Below, piece after piece: positions 11,204-26,200 of a stretch of DNA of 64,000 nt; the first letter of the stretch is position 1; the number at the start of each line of letters is the position of its first letter. The notes beneath the pieces were generated by a model, which saw only the letters and a program-made list of their open reading frames with translations, had not been told where the DNA came from and made no database searches. The translations under genes and the position numbers were made by a program. The stretch is taken from the NCBI GenBank assembly GCA_965203295.1, contig CBDBCZ010000016.1, positions 480,001 through 544,000 on the forward strand, given 5' to 3'. Source of the DNA: Nitrospirales bacterium. GTDB taxonomy: Bacteria > Nitrospirota > Nitrospiria > Nitrospirales > UBA8639.

Positions 11204-14200
11204 CTACACAGAATGCATAAGAAATTAAAATCACTACACGGCAGAGAATACATGCTTTGGATACTATTTTTAGTAGATGTGACTACAGCAGACATTTCCT
11301 AAGGAGAGCTTCACCATAGAAACATTTTAAAGGGCCAGTACTTCCACTATGGCTAGTCATGTATAACTATGTTCAGTCACTCAGTATCTAGCTACTTCTG
11401 CATGCAATTGGGAGGAGCCGCAGCTCAACTACTAGCCTTGAACCAGATATTCTCCTCACACAGATGCAATAATCCCCACTTTTACCAAATTAATAATTGC
11501 ACAACATGACATTGTACAGTTAACATTCAGCCAGCAATGTAATTTATGACCTGAAAGAACAGAACGTGGAATGTAGATTGGGTACAGCTGTATCAATGCA
11601 CCAGAAATTGAGTTTTTTTTATTTATAGCCTCTGAACACAACCTAACTTGGCATTCCAGCTCTGTTAGTGGACTAAAACTGTTACAGAAGGTGTGATATA
11701 ACATTGACAAGAGTGGTCATACAAAACTACCGTAAGAGATTTGTAGGACCGGCCAGGTGTGCAATTTGCATGTGCGAAATGAAGTCTCTAATGAAATCTG
11801 CAGCATATCTGAGTCCACACAACATCACTCTGAGACAGCACCATGCATGAGAAATATGTGGCCACAAGTGAGCACTACTCTATTTCAAGTAGGTGCTGTA
11901 TGATTCATCATATTGCACAGCACACAGCTTACAGTGTAAACAGTCTTATAACCGGGATGTAGCTCGTATATTGTGATACTACTGGTGACCTGCACTTTAA
12001 TAGTATTTGTCACCACATAAACTGTAATAGCAGGTGTGACTGCCTGACGTGATTACTGAGCCTTCTTAAAACTATGTTTTCCATCTCTACAGTATGTAAA
12101 CTGTGCATTCTTTGTCGGGTACACTTGCCTGGATCTGTGCAGTGAAATAAAAGAATACCTCTTATTGATATGGGTATACTCCTACCATTGTATAAGTATA
12201 TGATTCTACACAATGTAGTTCAGCACTGGAGTACCAACACAACCAGTTGAAACAATCAGCCGAGCTAATTAAATCAGCAAAAATGATGAATACACAGCTT
12301 TACGTATGTGAGGCCATGCAGGTGAGAGGATTACACAAGTGATGGTTGTGGGACATTCCAATATTAAAACCCAGGTACAACAGCTACATACGAACAATTT
12401 CACATTAATTAACTCATGCTCCACCGAAGGCCAGCTCCTTTCCTGGGTGAGGGATGCGACTGATGTGCATGGAGGCATCCACGTTGATGACATTAGCCTC
12501 ATTCCCAGTCTATCCCACCTTAGCTTTTATCTCACAGTCATGGAAACAAGTGAGGGGAAGACCTGGTACCGATTACTACATGCTATCATGGAGTACTACC
12601 TATCATGGAGTATGGTAGTACTCCACATGTAGGGATGGCACGGGAAAAAAATGGCGGCCCCATATAACGCGTACAAAATCATACGCTCAGAACTCGGCTC
12701 TGGTTATAGTCATAGGCTTTTATGAGCCATACCATGACATCTCGAGTGTTTTCATCAGCAACAAGGCTGTTAGCGGTGCTAGAAAGCTTCGCTGGAGTAC
12801 CAGACCGGCAAGTCGCTACACTCAGGGGGCGGGGCGTATTGGTACATCTTCTTCTTTGTTTTTTCAGCCAGGCTAGCACAATAATGGCTGAAGCTATCAC
12901 AATGATTCAAGCGCGAACAAGCTAGATATTCCCCGGGGTATTGCACTCGTAGCATAACGCTTTCAAAGAAACCGAACAGGTTCAGCAGTGATTCACGAGT
13001 ACTCTCGAGGTGATGCTTGCCGTTTTGCGCCATTTAATTACTACTGTTCTGTTCCGTTCGGTTTCGGAATTTAGTAACCGCCCCTTTCGCGTGTTCGTCT
13101 GCTTAACACCTACCTTTGATCGTGCCAGCTGCTGTCGCATCAAGTAATACCAGGCTGTCCGGGCCTGAGCTGCATCTCCTGGTTCATCCCTTTGTAAATC
13201 ACCCGAAAATTTAGCTACAATACACTTACTCACATGGCTGATAGTATTATTTTAGAAGTAGGGTAGAAAACGGTGCATGGAATTGTCAAGACATACACAA
13301 GGAAAACAGTAGCTCACAATACATAACAAGGGCAGACAGAAAGGCTCACTGAACGAAATAAATTTGCTGTTAAATACGAGCACAGGCAGAAAAGCCTTGG
13401 TGTCCGGACAACCCCTACCGTCCGGACACCCCCTCACTTACTCTACTGGAGGGGACAGGCAGCTATTTGTCTTTGTGACACTAGAAACTGCAATACATAT
13501 CATTGTCCTTGGTGATAATTTGCAGTTCAACATCATGGAGTACGGTACTACTCCATATGTAGGGATGGCCCTGGCCTCCCCATTAAAATGACATGTTTAG
13601 TACTCTGCTGTAGGTGTAGTCTAGGATAGGAAGCCTATGTACCACTTATTTTCGAGCGTTGTCGTCACTAACCAGGCTGTTAACACTGCTAAAGAACATC
13701 TCAGAAGTACCAAAGCGGCAAGAGGTTAAAACCGCCGAATGGTCTATCTTCATCTTAGTCAGATAATCCTTACTTCAGTCAAACTAGCACAATAATGAGT
13801 GAAGCGATTAAAAAGATTCCAATACGAACGGGCATGATTGACCCTCGGGTAGTGCCTTTCGAGCATGATGATAGCGTTTTCAAAGAACTCGAATCAGTTT
13901 AGCAGTGATAAGGAGCACTCTCGAGTGGACACTTGCCACTTACAGGCTGTTTTATGGTAAGGTGGACTGCCTGCCAGCACGTGTTGGTCTATTTAAAGCC
14001 TACCTTCGATCGTGCATGAAAGCAAGGTTTATACATTTATGAAGAAGAGGGCCCAGAATAAACAATGTACATTGAAAACCGACAAAGTATAAAAGCAGCT
14101 GCTAGAGCAACTTCCTGCGCTAGGAGTAGTGTTGACCCGACAAGAAATGGGCAGCCTCACGTGCCAGTTACATAGCTGACCTTGACAAGAGACCTCCCCC

Positions 14201-17200
14201 CCCCTCCCCTCCTCCCATGCACATGCAGGCGAAGGACTTCCTGATGCTGACTGGAGTACAAATCGAAACCTATACTACACAATCCTCAAACACATTCCAT
14301 TCCAATGCCATCAACAGCACACATTTACATCTACACATTTGCTACCACTTCCCAAAAAAAACGCCCAAAACAAGTTACAGAAAAAGCACTTTGCCAAAAA
14401 GTGCAAAAACAAGTCATGTAGGGATGGACTTTCACCAAAAAACAGTTCCCCAAAAACCAATGAAACAAGTAACAATGCACATCGCAATGCGTGCACAGAC
14501 AATCCACCCATCACATGCAGCGCAATGCATTTATTGCGTAGCTACCATCCTTACATCTTTCCAACTTTAATATATTTACATGTAGAATAGACTTATATAC
14601 CCACACAATGGTGTTTATATGCTTCCGCACTAATTGCATGCTTTCAAAAAAAATGCAAGTACATGTATGTATAGCATGTACTGATGCAGCTATACATACA
14701 TGTACTTGCATTTTTTTTGCATGCATGCAATTAGTCTAAGTAGCTATATCTGCATCAGTACATGCTATAATAGCATGTACTGATGCAGCTATAGCTATTT
14801 ACACTTACAGTTTCAGTCTTATATCAAAGGCAAGGATTGAAATCACTACATCATTGTAAGCTTGTACTCTCCACAGTTAAAAGGACCATTCTAGAATGCC
14901 TGATGGCAGGTGAGAGCCATGATGGTAAGAGATGTTCCTACCAGTCATTTAGCTGCAATAAGCTGCTGGGACTGTCCGGGCTTATCGTTGCATGAAGGAT
15001 TGTCTGTCTCAGTCTACAGCCCTCAATTGTGCCGTGTTAGTAATTCTGTGCTTAACAGATCTCATTTTTCAATTGGCACATCGACATACACGTACAGTTA
15101 CATGGACATATACGGTATAGCCAGAAAATTTGGCGAGGACTTTAATTTGGTGGTTTGGCGAACCGTAAAAAATCGCCAAATTAAATTCTCGCCAAATTAA
15201 ATTCTCACGCATTATGTAATATGTAACACCCACGTGCGCATTCAGCTACAAGAAAAAAGTTGTTGTTCCCACTCCACGTACGTGTTTTCTCTCTGTCCAG
15301 GAAGGATATCGAACTCGTGAACAAAGCTGTAAAGTGCTCTTTATCTGGAGACTTGAAGCCTGTCACACGGTCACCTCGAGGTAAGTATAACACATGCAAG
15401 AAAGGGCACAAATTGGAAAGCATGCCGCTGACAACGGAGCGACAAAGGCCGCTACACACTTCTCGAAGCTTCTGGATAGTAAGATCGGTGAATCCAACAT
15501 CTCCATTGTCGAGCTCACTGACAAAAACTTTACAAGTTCAGCAGCGTTGCATGCTGTGTGCGTGATACGTCAATATAAATTGCCGAAATTAATTGAAGAT
15601 TACGTCATATGTAGGGATGGATTTCCACAAAAATAAAACAAACAAGTCACAAATCACAACACATTATATTTACAGAGTACTACAAACTACAGCGCAATGC
15701 ATATATGGAGCTAAACCATATCCCTAAATCTTTCTAACCAAGGATGGTCTCTGTAAATGCACTGCACTGTGATTTGTAGCTACTCGCATTGCATTGTATT
15801 TGTAGCTTGTTTGGTTTGTTTATTAATTATACTGACAGTGCTTACATGCAAGCCAAGTGCAGTGGTGTCCGTCCTCTCCCATCAGCACAGTCTGGATTGG
15901 CCTTGTACTCATACAATATCTTCATCGACTCAAGATGACCTTCCCTACATGAGAGAAGAAGTGCTAACATTTGACATACACAGTACAGTTCAGCACTGGA
16001 GGACTAACACCACCAGTTAAAACAACCAACCCAGCTAATTACATTAACAAGCACTGCTGAATATTTCATTTAATTTATTGTCAATACTCAATGCTTGTAT
16101 ATACTTTCAAACTTCCAGACCATGTACATAGCCTCATTCCCAGGCTCCACCCCCATTTTTTTATCGCGTGGAAACGAGGTTACATGTTACAGTACATGTG
16201 AGAGGATTACTCAAGTATCATACTCTCAGGACTATAGTGGCCCATCAATCACAGTACCGTAAACAACCACCCCCTTAAAGGTAACCACCCCTCTGCAATA
16301 ACAGTTTACTCGTGTGTAAAACCTTCTAATAGTATGCAAATATAATCGCCCATAATTTTCATGTGCAGCCCAGGCAGGGAAGTGAATCTGCAAAATTAAT
16401 AGCGTTTGCGTGTGAATGTCTAGCAAGCAGAGTAGCTAATATGTAGAACATGACCGTATAGAATAGCGATGAGAATCAGACTATGAAAACCAAGAAGTCG
16501 GCGTTATTCAAAATTTGAGTGAACCCTAGCTACAGTTAGCGGAGGGTTCTGAGAGCGAGACTAGGCTACGGTACCTATGGAGCTCGTTCAACTTGCCTGC
16601 CTGAAGGCTTCCTGTTTCAAGGGACACCACAACTACCGGGCTGATCTCAATGTAGGGGGTGTTTCTGTAAATCTGCCACGCTACTAACGATTGTTTCGCA
16701 AAATAACCGATCTGTGATTATACCCGCCCGGGCACACATGTAAAAGTAACTGCCCATTGAGGCTAAATATAACCACCCCCGGTTATTTATGGGTAATTCC
16801 AAATCAATTCGGCAAAAGTTTGGACGCGACCGACTCAGAGTTTTTTGTTATTGTGCAAAATGAATTGCATCACCTCGAAGCATGAAAAATGGGCTTTCAT
16901 GTGGTATGTTGTATGGCTTCATCCGATTAAGTTGCCGAGTTGCATACTTTCTTAAACATTGACCTTTGACCTCTGAAAAAAGGGCTGCTTGTAATTTTCT
17001 AATAATTTCTGAGGATAGTTGCTAATCTATGAACTACAGTCTGTAGAAGTTTTATGTTGGGGCTCCACTGGGATTGGGAGATATGTGCTCCTTCAGAGGG
17101 GTATGTAGGCTAATTAGGGCTAATTCACTACACTATTACACACCATAATATATTTTTTGTGGATATAACTTTGAAAATACCAAAGTTAAGTAACAAATTA

Positions 17201-20200
17201 CAGATACACAGCAGACCAAACAAGAAAAATATAACAAAAAGGAGTTAGTTAGGTCGTTTTTACTCTTGTAACAAAACACGAAGCTTCTGAGAGGCGGAAG
17301 TAGTTTCTTTCTTTGTCAAAGTGTACACTCGGCCAGTTCTTGTTCTCGGATCAACGAGAGGTAAAATGTCACTTATCAGTACAGTACGTATATCTTGGGT
17401 TTGTGGGTACTTAAAGGAACTGGATAGACCGTCCAATTCTGAGTTGGTCGCGTCCAAATTTTTGCTGAATTGATTTGGAATTACCCTTATCAGAGTTTAC
17501 CGTAATTATATTTTCTAATAATTTCTGAGGATAGTTGCTAATCTATGAACTACAGTCTGTAGAAGTTTTATGTTGGTTATCGAACTTGAAGGGAAGGCAA
17601 CAGGATATTGATGCTATTGATTGTGATACTGTATTGTACGCTGTTCATATTTTGCCACTAGTATCGAGACTAAGTGTTCTCCGTCTTCAAATGCTGCATG
17701 GTGGGTGTGGCTGTGTACACTCGCATGTGTGTGACAGTGCGTGCGCATGGTGGGTACTACAGGGCTAGCCCAAAAACAGTGACAATCTGTCAGTATGTAC
17801 GCAGTTGCACATGGCTGAGTTTGTATAGTTCATAGAGTGTCCCAGAGTTACGGCATGCTACTATCTATATTATGCTGCATGGTGGGTGTGGCTATTAAGC
17901 ACGCTGTACACTCGCATGCGTGTGACGTGCATGCATGCGCACGGTTGGATATTGTGTAGTAGCACATGGCTGAGAAAAAGTAGATTCTAAGTAGCTGATG
18001 CATGTTTATGCATACAGGTAAGTCTCCCCGCTATATCCTGACATTTCACCCACATGCATGTATGCACTCGGACGCGTGTGACAGTGCGTGCGCATGGTGG
18101 GTGTGGCTACATGGTGTAGTTTAACAAAGACTGAGATTCATTGTAATGGTAGATTTTACGTAGCTGATGCATTTTTATACTCAAAAGTTGGCTGCTGGGC
18201 TAGCTATACTGCGAGACAACAATAAGAGCTGATAATCTCAACAGTGAACCATCCCACGTGCGGTTTGCCACTCCATTTAACGATCGCTAGTTTCAGGAGA
18301 CAGCTGCAGAACACAGATTGAGAAATAGCATCTTCAAAAACAACATTGAATGTACAATATTATTAAAACTTACCAACGCTTCAGTCAATCGACAATTTTC
18401 TCTCGAACGCGAAAAAAGACGGCACGTTTCATTACACGTACATGCAGAGAACGCGCAACGTTCTTACATCATACATCCCGTTCGTAAAAACTGTACGGAA
18501 GCGGTACGGAAACGGAACGGCCGTTGCGTTGACAAACCGTTTGTGAGGCGTTGCTTGCAAAACGGTATACTGTTGAACGGCCGTTGCACAGAAACGGAAC
18601 GGGAACTTTTTTATGACGCCTACTGTAGACGCAGGTAGTTTAGCAATTACACATTGACTCTGATCCTCCCTTGAAGGTCAGTTCTTTCCCTCAGTGAGGG
18701 AATGTGACTGATGCTCATGGAAGCATGGCATGTTAATGATCTTAGCCCAGTTCACAATACTTCCCAACCCAGCGTTTATATTGCAGTCATGGATAAAAGT
18801 GAGGAAGAAGGCCTGGTACTAATTACATGTGCCATGACATATTTGCATATTTGCATGTAAGATAGACTTATATGCCCACGCAACATTGGTTGTGTGCTCA
18901 CGCACTAGTTGCATGCAACTAAGTACATGTACATAGCCAGTATTGATACAGCTAGCTATTTTGGTTTACAGTTTCATGGAAGGCAAGGATGCAAATTCAC
19001 TACATGACTGTAAGCTTGTACTGTCCGCAGCTGAAAGGACCGTTCTAGAATGCCTGATGGTGGGTGGGAGGCCATGTTGGTACGAAATGGTCCTCTGTCA
19101 TTAGCTGCCTGAAGGATCGTCAACCTCAATCAACATGCCGCCCTCGAGAGCACCTTTTCATACATTCTATGCCATTTTTCATTTAGCGTGTTAGCATATA
19201 TTAAGTCTACCCTCCACATAATGAAATGTCACAGCACGTGATACTGCCATAGTACCAGGCCTTCCCCATCGCTTTCACACCCAACTATGAAATAAAAGCT
19301 GAGGTATGAAGGACTGGGAAGACTAATAGTGGTTACATTCGGCCACAGGTGGGGAAACCCCCACCTCAAATAAAACCAGCAAAATAATTGTGCACACATT
19401 CCAGATTGTACAGAGTGTCAACACTGTTACACACCTATATTCCAGGAACTATGGCAGAGGCATATATACTCAAAAGTAGAGAAGCATACAATTTCTATTT
19501 ACAATTTTGATTATCACTTAACGTATAGGAATATTGGTTTGTAATAATAACAGTGCTTACCTGCAAGCCCAGTGCAGTGGTGTCTGTCCCCACTCATCAG
19601 CACAGTCTGGATTGGCCTTGTACTCGCACAATATCTTCATCATCTCACCCTCCCTACATGAGAGAAGAAGTGCTAACATCAGACCTACACACTACAGTTC
19701 AGCACCATTACACCAACACCACCAGTTAAAACAACCAACCCAGCTAATTACATTAACAAACAAACTTCCAGACCATGTACAGAGCGTTGTTCCCAAGCTC
19801 CACCCCCATTTCTTTATCGCGTGGGAACAAGGTTATATGTTACAGTACATGTGAGAGGATTACTCAAATACCATACTCTCAGGACTATAGTGGCCAATCA
19901 ATCATAATAACTATAATTTACCTATTGTGATAAGGACTGGAGCACTAACACCACTAGCTAAAACAGTCACCACAGCTAATTACACTAACAAAAAAATATT
20001 TGAATTTGTAATTTACTGACTACTCAAAGCTTGTACGTAACTTTCAAAACTAGCCTCGTACCCAGGAGCATTAACCCTTTGGCTTCCTAGATTTGTAAAT
20101 ATTATTTTTGTCTGTGAGCTTACCTCCAGTAATCTGAAATATTACTGTCTCCTGCTAGGCCCTACTGCACTGCATAATGCCCTGAGGGAAATCCCCTGAG

Positions 20201-23200
20201 GCGCTAAGCACAATGCGTTGCCATGGGAACACGTGTTAGGTCACGTGACTTGTAAACGCGTTGTAAATTTGTGATTTTCTGGCTGAGCACGATAGCTAGC
20301 TAAAGCACGGAGTATGATGACTGATAGGCAGTAGCTACAGTATAGAATAGGCTCTGGAGATGCACAGACGGGTTACAGACATAGAGAACCTACAGAAACT
20401 GAGAAGACCAGAAGGAAGCACCGACCAGACAAGTTGCCACGCGGACTTGCGCAATAGCACACGAGAGCGACATTTTTGTGGTAGTTATATCCGTACAGGA
20501 AGCTATGAATATTGATAAAATATATATCAGTACAGAGGTCAATACATGCGCAAAGTAAACAGGATATAATCGTTGTGGTACTACGCAGCGCTACGGGGTT
20601 GATAAGACATGGCATTTTAAGAGCGCCATTTGGCGCTCTCGGAAGCCAAAGGGTTAAAATCGGAAAAAAGTTTGCCTGGTATCCACTGTTCGTGCATGCG
20701 CGTAATTAGTGCACTAAGTCCACGTGGATTTCAGTGGGCGTGTATCAAGTGATGTCATCACAATTAGTGGACGTGTACAATGACGTCGTCCACGCGAAAT
20801 ATTTACTACAGATATACTGCAACATTGAAGCTTCTCGTTGAACTTGCTCGTGCCTAGTCTGTGAATACTATTGACAGTTAGCCTGCCAAGCTTCACATCA
20901 AACAGGACGTGTAGAACATCATAGCACAATTACTTACAAAAGCTAGTTGGGAGCCGAAAAAAAGGTTTTTCCCTTCATACATGTAGATGGACATCACTGA
21001 CGCTCTCTGCTCGAGTTTCAGTGTCATCGTGACGCATCCACAGCATGGGAAGGCGCAAGAAATCAAGCGATCAGAGTCCTCTGTACAAGCAGCCATTATC
21101 GCGTGCCAAATTGATAATACGGCCGCGTATGCGGTATTGGCGTCATCATACCGCGAACATACCACTACGGTATCCTATTGCTAGAGAATTTTGGGAAATT
21201 AAGCGCATGCGCAAACAGTGGATACCAGGCGCACTTTTTCATTATTTAATGCGCCTGGGTATGAGGCTATACTTTCAAACATGTATATATCAGACCAAGC
21301 ATGTGAGAGGATTACTCAAGTACATAGTCAATTATAGCCTCGTACACAGGCCACGTGATTGCTAAGTAAATTAAGGGTGGCAAAATGTAAACAACCTAAC
21401 TTCCAATGGCAGTATGAGATACCAGCAAAAGAGGGTAGCGATTACACCCTCTTACCTTTTCCTAAATCAAACTATGCAATTGATGGACGACATTCTCATT
21501 TCTATAAACTCAGGAAAAACAGCTAGCAGTTAGTTTAGCAATTACACATTAACTCTGATCCTCCACCAAAGATCAGTTCTTTCCCTCGGCGAGGGAATGT
21601 GACTAATGCTCATGGAAGTATGGCATGTTAATGATCTTAGCCTGGCTCGCAACACTTCCCACCCCAGCATTTATCCTGCAGTTTTGGAGAAAGAGAGGAG
21701 GAAGGCCTGGTACCAATTACCATGTGCTATGACATATTTGCATGTAAGATAGACTTACATGCCCATGCAACATTGCTTGTATGCTCACACACAAATTGAA
21801 TGCAACCACGTACATGTACATAGCCAGTATTGATACAGCTATCTATTTTGGTTAACAGTTTCATGGAAGGCAAGGATGAAAATTCACTACAAGACCGTAA
21901 GATTGTACTGTCCGCAGCTGAAAGGACCGTTCTAGAATGCCTAATGGTGCGTGAGAGGCCATGATGGTACGAAATGCTCCTCTGTCATTAGCTGCCATGA
22001 GTGTGGTCTGTCAGGGCTTCTCGCTGCCTGAAGGACCATCAACCTCAATCAACATGAAGCCCTCAAGTGCACCATTTCAGTCATTCTGTGCTTAACAGAA
22101 GCCATTTTTCATTTAGCGTGTGGGCATATACATCTACCCTCCACATAATGAAATGTCACAGCACGTGATACTGCCATGGTACCAGGCCTTCCCCCTCACT
22201 TTTCCACCACAGCTATGAGATAAAAAGCTGAGGTGTGAAGGACTGGGAAGACTAATAGTGGTTACATACGGCCACAGGTCCATTACAAATAAAACTTGCA
22301 AAATAATTGTGCACACATTCCAGATTGTACAGAGTACCAACACTGTTACGCACCTACATGGATATTCTAGGAACTATGGCAGACGCATATACTCAAAAGT
22401 AGAGAAGCATACAATTTCTAATTACAATTTTGATTATCACTTAACGTATAGGAATATTTGGCAAGGACTTTGATTTGGTGGTTTTGCAAACCATAAAAAA
22501 TTGCCAAATGAAATTCTCACCGGTGATGTAATCTGTAGCACCCACACACGTTCTGCAGCTAGCTATTTAGCCATACACACGTGTGGAAGGAACTTGATCA
22601 TATCGATGCAAAACTACTTCAAGAAAGAAGCTGTTCTCCCACTCCACCAATGTGTGGTGAACCCTTTCTCTCCGGTAAGGTTGAGCTGCAGGCAAACAAG
22701 GTTCTCCATTTCGAGACTTGAACGTGAAGCGTGTGAGTGTTCGACCTCGAAGCAAGTACTAAAACGGACGTATTGGGGGGTATGCTGCTGAGAATGAAGT
22801 GACAAAGGCTGCTATGTACTTCTCCAAGCTGCTGTTTAGAAAAATGAGCTAACTAGACGTTGTGCGCTAAATTAGGATTACTCTATATGCCAGTACTAAT
22901 CGCCAAATTTACATTCGCCAATTCCCCAATTTTAATGTTCGCCAAATCTTCCCACTATGCGGTAGGTAATGGGCTACTTGCTATCTTCAATACCACATAT
23001 ATTGCTGTTATCAAACACCACCATCGCTACTCTCAAACCATCACTGCAAATCTACAGATACTGATAATTATTAGCACACGTGCACAATAATAGCAAGCTT
23101 ATTAAACAAAGTGCTGATGTTCGGGATTACATGGTAGCAAGTGCTATACTGACAGTGAAACGAAAAAGGACTAATTTGTGTTCTACAATCTCCACGTGAT

Positions 23201-26200
23201 CACAGATTATTGCTTCTACAAAATATTGAGCATCTGCCAATGGCAGTATAGAGCTGCTGACAGATTCAGGCCTTAGACATGTGGAGGCAGTAGCTCAGAG
23301 GAGGGACTACAAACCACTGCAAAGCAATGCGGGCAAGGGCTATAGCCTAGCTCTTCAAATCCATACCTAGGTGAATGACTACGACTGCAATGAATGCACA
23401 TCATCGTCGTATAGTGTAGCAATTATAGCTCTGAACAGTTTTCACTACTGGACTATAATACACCAAACCATCATTGTGTTAATGTGTGCTCCAAGTGGGT
23501 AAGAGGCTATGGGGTTTCACTTGGGGGGGGGGGGGGGGGCACATTTTGGTATGTAACCGGCCTCCTTGGAAACTAGGCTGCAAATCTTTCTTTAATGTTT
23601 AACCCTTTGAGCGTGGTATTTGATTATTCATAACTTCCGCGTGACGCGGAAGCCAATTTAATATTTGTCTAGGTTGCATGTGCTCGCAGTTTTGTAGAGT
23701 TGTAGGCTATTTTCCGTGCTGAACAGCAACACTGGAAGCCAGGAAGTGTAAAACTATCGTTGTTTAGTATGTAGCTGGTGTACTAAAGTCCCTACTAATG
23801 CACAAGAGCGAATACAATCGGCAGCACTAAAGCTAACCTTGGTAGTCGCCATTTTCGTGTGTCTGTCCCCTCAACTACAGTGGTGAGTCGCTTCTGTTAC
23901 TTCGTACCGGTTCTGTTACTAAGTGCTGGATCTGTACCTAAGGCCTAGCGCTCTAACTGCAGCCATACTGAGCGTTTTTGGCTTCAAAAGCCTGGTAGAC
24001 GCTACCCGCGCCTTTGCCGCGTACTAACTGTGCTACACAATTAAGCGTTAAGGAACGCTTCAAACGACTTGTGACGGGGGTGGAACTTTAGTTCGATTGC
24101 TAAAGACCGTAGGGTTATCCCCCTAAAGTGTCATGCGTGCCATAAATTGGAAGGGTCTGACCCGTAGCACTTATTACGGCGAGCGTATATATATGCTCGC
24201 CGCGGTATGCGGAAGTAATTTTTGAGCGTATATATACGCTCGCCGCATTCAAAGGGTTAATTAATTGAACATATCAATACAATTCAGCAAAAGAATGGTT
24301 TAACCACCCCAACACCTCTGAACAGTTTTCACTACAGGACTATAATATACAAACCATCATTGTGTTAATGAGTGCTCCAAGTGGGTAAAAAGCTATGGGG
24401 TTTCATTTGGGGGGGGGGGCATTTTGGTATTTAACTCTCCTTGGAAATTTGGATGCTTTGGATGTTTCCTTTAATACAATTCAGCAAAAGAATTGTTTAA
24501 CCATCGAAATACCACTAATGAAAATGCCCCAGATCGTCAGGAAGGTGGGCGTACACAGCACACCAAACCGAAAAGTCTACCACACCCCCTAAAAAGCATG
24601 CCAAAAGAACCCCCTAGTATACAGAGCAGACCAAACCAAAATGTCTCCCCCATCCCCTATCCTCGAACTCTTTTACATTCACACATTATATTTGCCCACA
24701 CTTTACTACAGGAAGGCCTGCCTTGGCTGTCAGCAAGTTCCATGATCAACCACATGTACTAAGGTCAAAGTACATTATGTCACAGCCTACTCATGTCGTC
24801 TCCTGCAATCATGCTTCACTAGCTGATGTCAATTCTGCAACAGACACATGAACAAACGGGCAGACAGTATATTTTTAAGAATGGATAGTGATAATGTGTG
24901 TAAAAATTACACCAGAGCCTCGTACCCAGGCACAATCACCCAAATCACTAGGATACTAGACTGTTAACTGAAGCAAAATGGCAAACAGTGACACAGCTGA
25001 TGCCTTTTGTTTGCCTAACTCAACAACAAATGTTGTCTATTTAAATCTTTTGCTAAGCTTATACAATTGAGGGAAGGCCTAGCTACCGTGACAAGCTAAC
25101 TACAAAAGACTAGCTAACTGTACAGAATGATGGCAGTCTCGTGTTATTATTTTAAAAGATTAATCTAGGTGGAACACACAGAGGATAAACTTTCGGTTAA
25201 CACAAGACAGTCATTACTTTCAGTATCTTTACCTAAGCTTGTCTGACATCACCATTACATTAAGCATGCCCACATGGCCTGTGCTAGAGTATTGGGCAGG
25301 CACAGCTATGACGAAGAGCCTTGTTGCACAAGGCCACAGGTGTATGTGGCTAACAATGTGATCCAATCCTGAGTGTAGCTAGCTATTCATCCATGTACTG
25401 TAAAATGTAGAGGACATTTTCCAGTAACAAGAAACACCTACCTGCGAGCTATGTGTAGTGGAGTCTCCCCATCCTTGGCAGCACAGTTGACTTTGGCGCG
25501 CACTTGACACCGGTGCTTCTCAACGGCAAAATGTCTATACCTGATGAGAGAGAAGGAGAAGAAAACAATATGATTTGAACACGTACAGTGTAGTGCAAGA
25601 ACTGGAGCACTGACCAACACTGTTAGAGGGTGTGTACTACTGCATGATTAACCCACACTACACAATGGGGGAGTGATGTAATTATATGAGGCTTCAGTGC
25701 TCAGTCAATGGCAGACACAGGCCCTGAATTTCCCCTTCATTGCCAGAGTAAGAATTTAGCACAACCCGCACAGCAGTGAGTATATTTATGGAATAATGGG
25801 AGAAAAATGATGTAATAGCGAGTTCAACGGCTTAGAATCTGAGGCGCAATCAATCAATATAGATGTACACACAAATATGTACACTTTGCCACAAAATTTG
25901 GTATAGAATTAGAGAGGTTGGAGTCTGGTATATTGGGACTGCAACACACAATGTCTATCGCCCACCTCTTCATGTAACGAACTACACAAAGAATTGCAGT
26001 GAACTACTATACCAGCTAAAATGGGTGGGACTCCTCCTCTCATTCCAATTTACGTACCGCAACACACACTGCTGTGTTACATATACTTGCAGCCACTTAC
26101 ATGTTTAGTTATTATGAGAGTGGTTTAAAATCAGTATTCACATATGAAAGCATCTGTTGTACGAAACACACTCAGTACACAGCTGCACTCACACTAACAT

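Noticed and set aside
11204..11295. First 30 aa of the 781-aa ORF as a real N-terminus
   Set aside because: Lies upstream of a strong acceptor (tgtgtag|G) whose phase matches the cassette exons, so it is intronic read-through.
12640..14010. Diverged direct repeat (12640-13150 ~ 13560-14010) as coding sequence
   Set aside because: No conserved frame between copies; probably old repeat fragments.
24790..24835. AG...GT-bounded mini-exon inside a ROCO intron
   Set aside because: Stops in all three frames and no ankyrin similarity.
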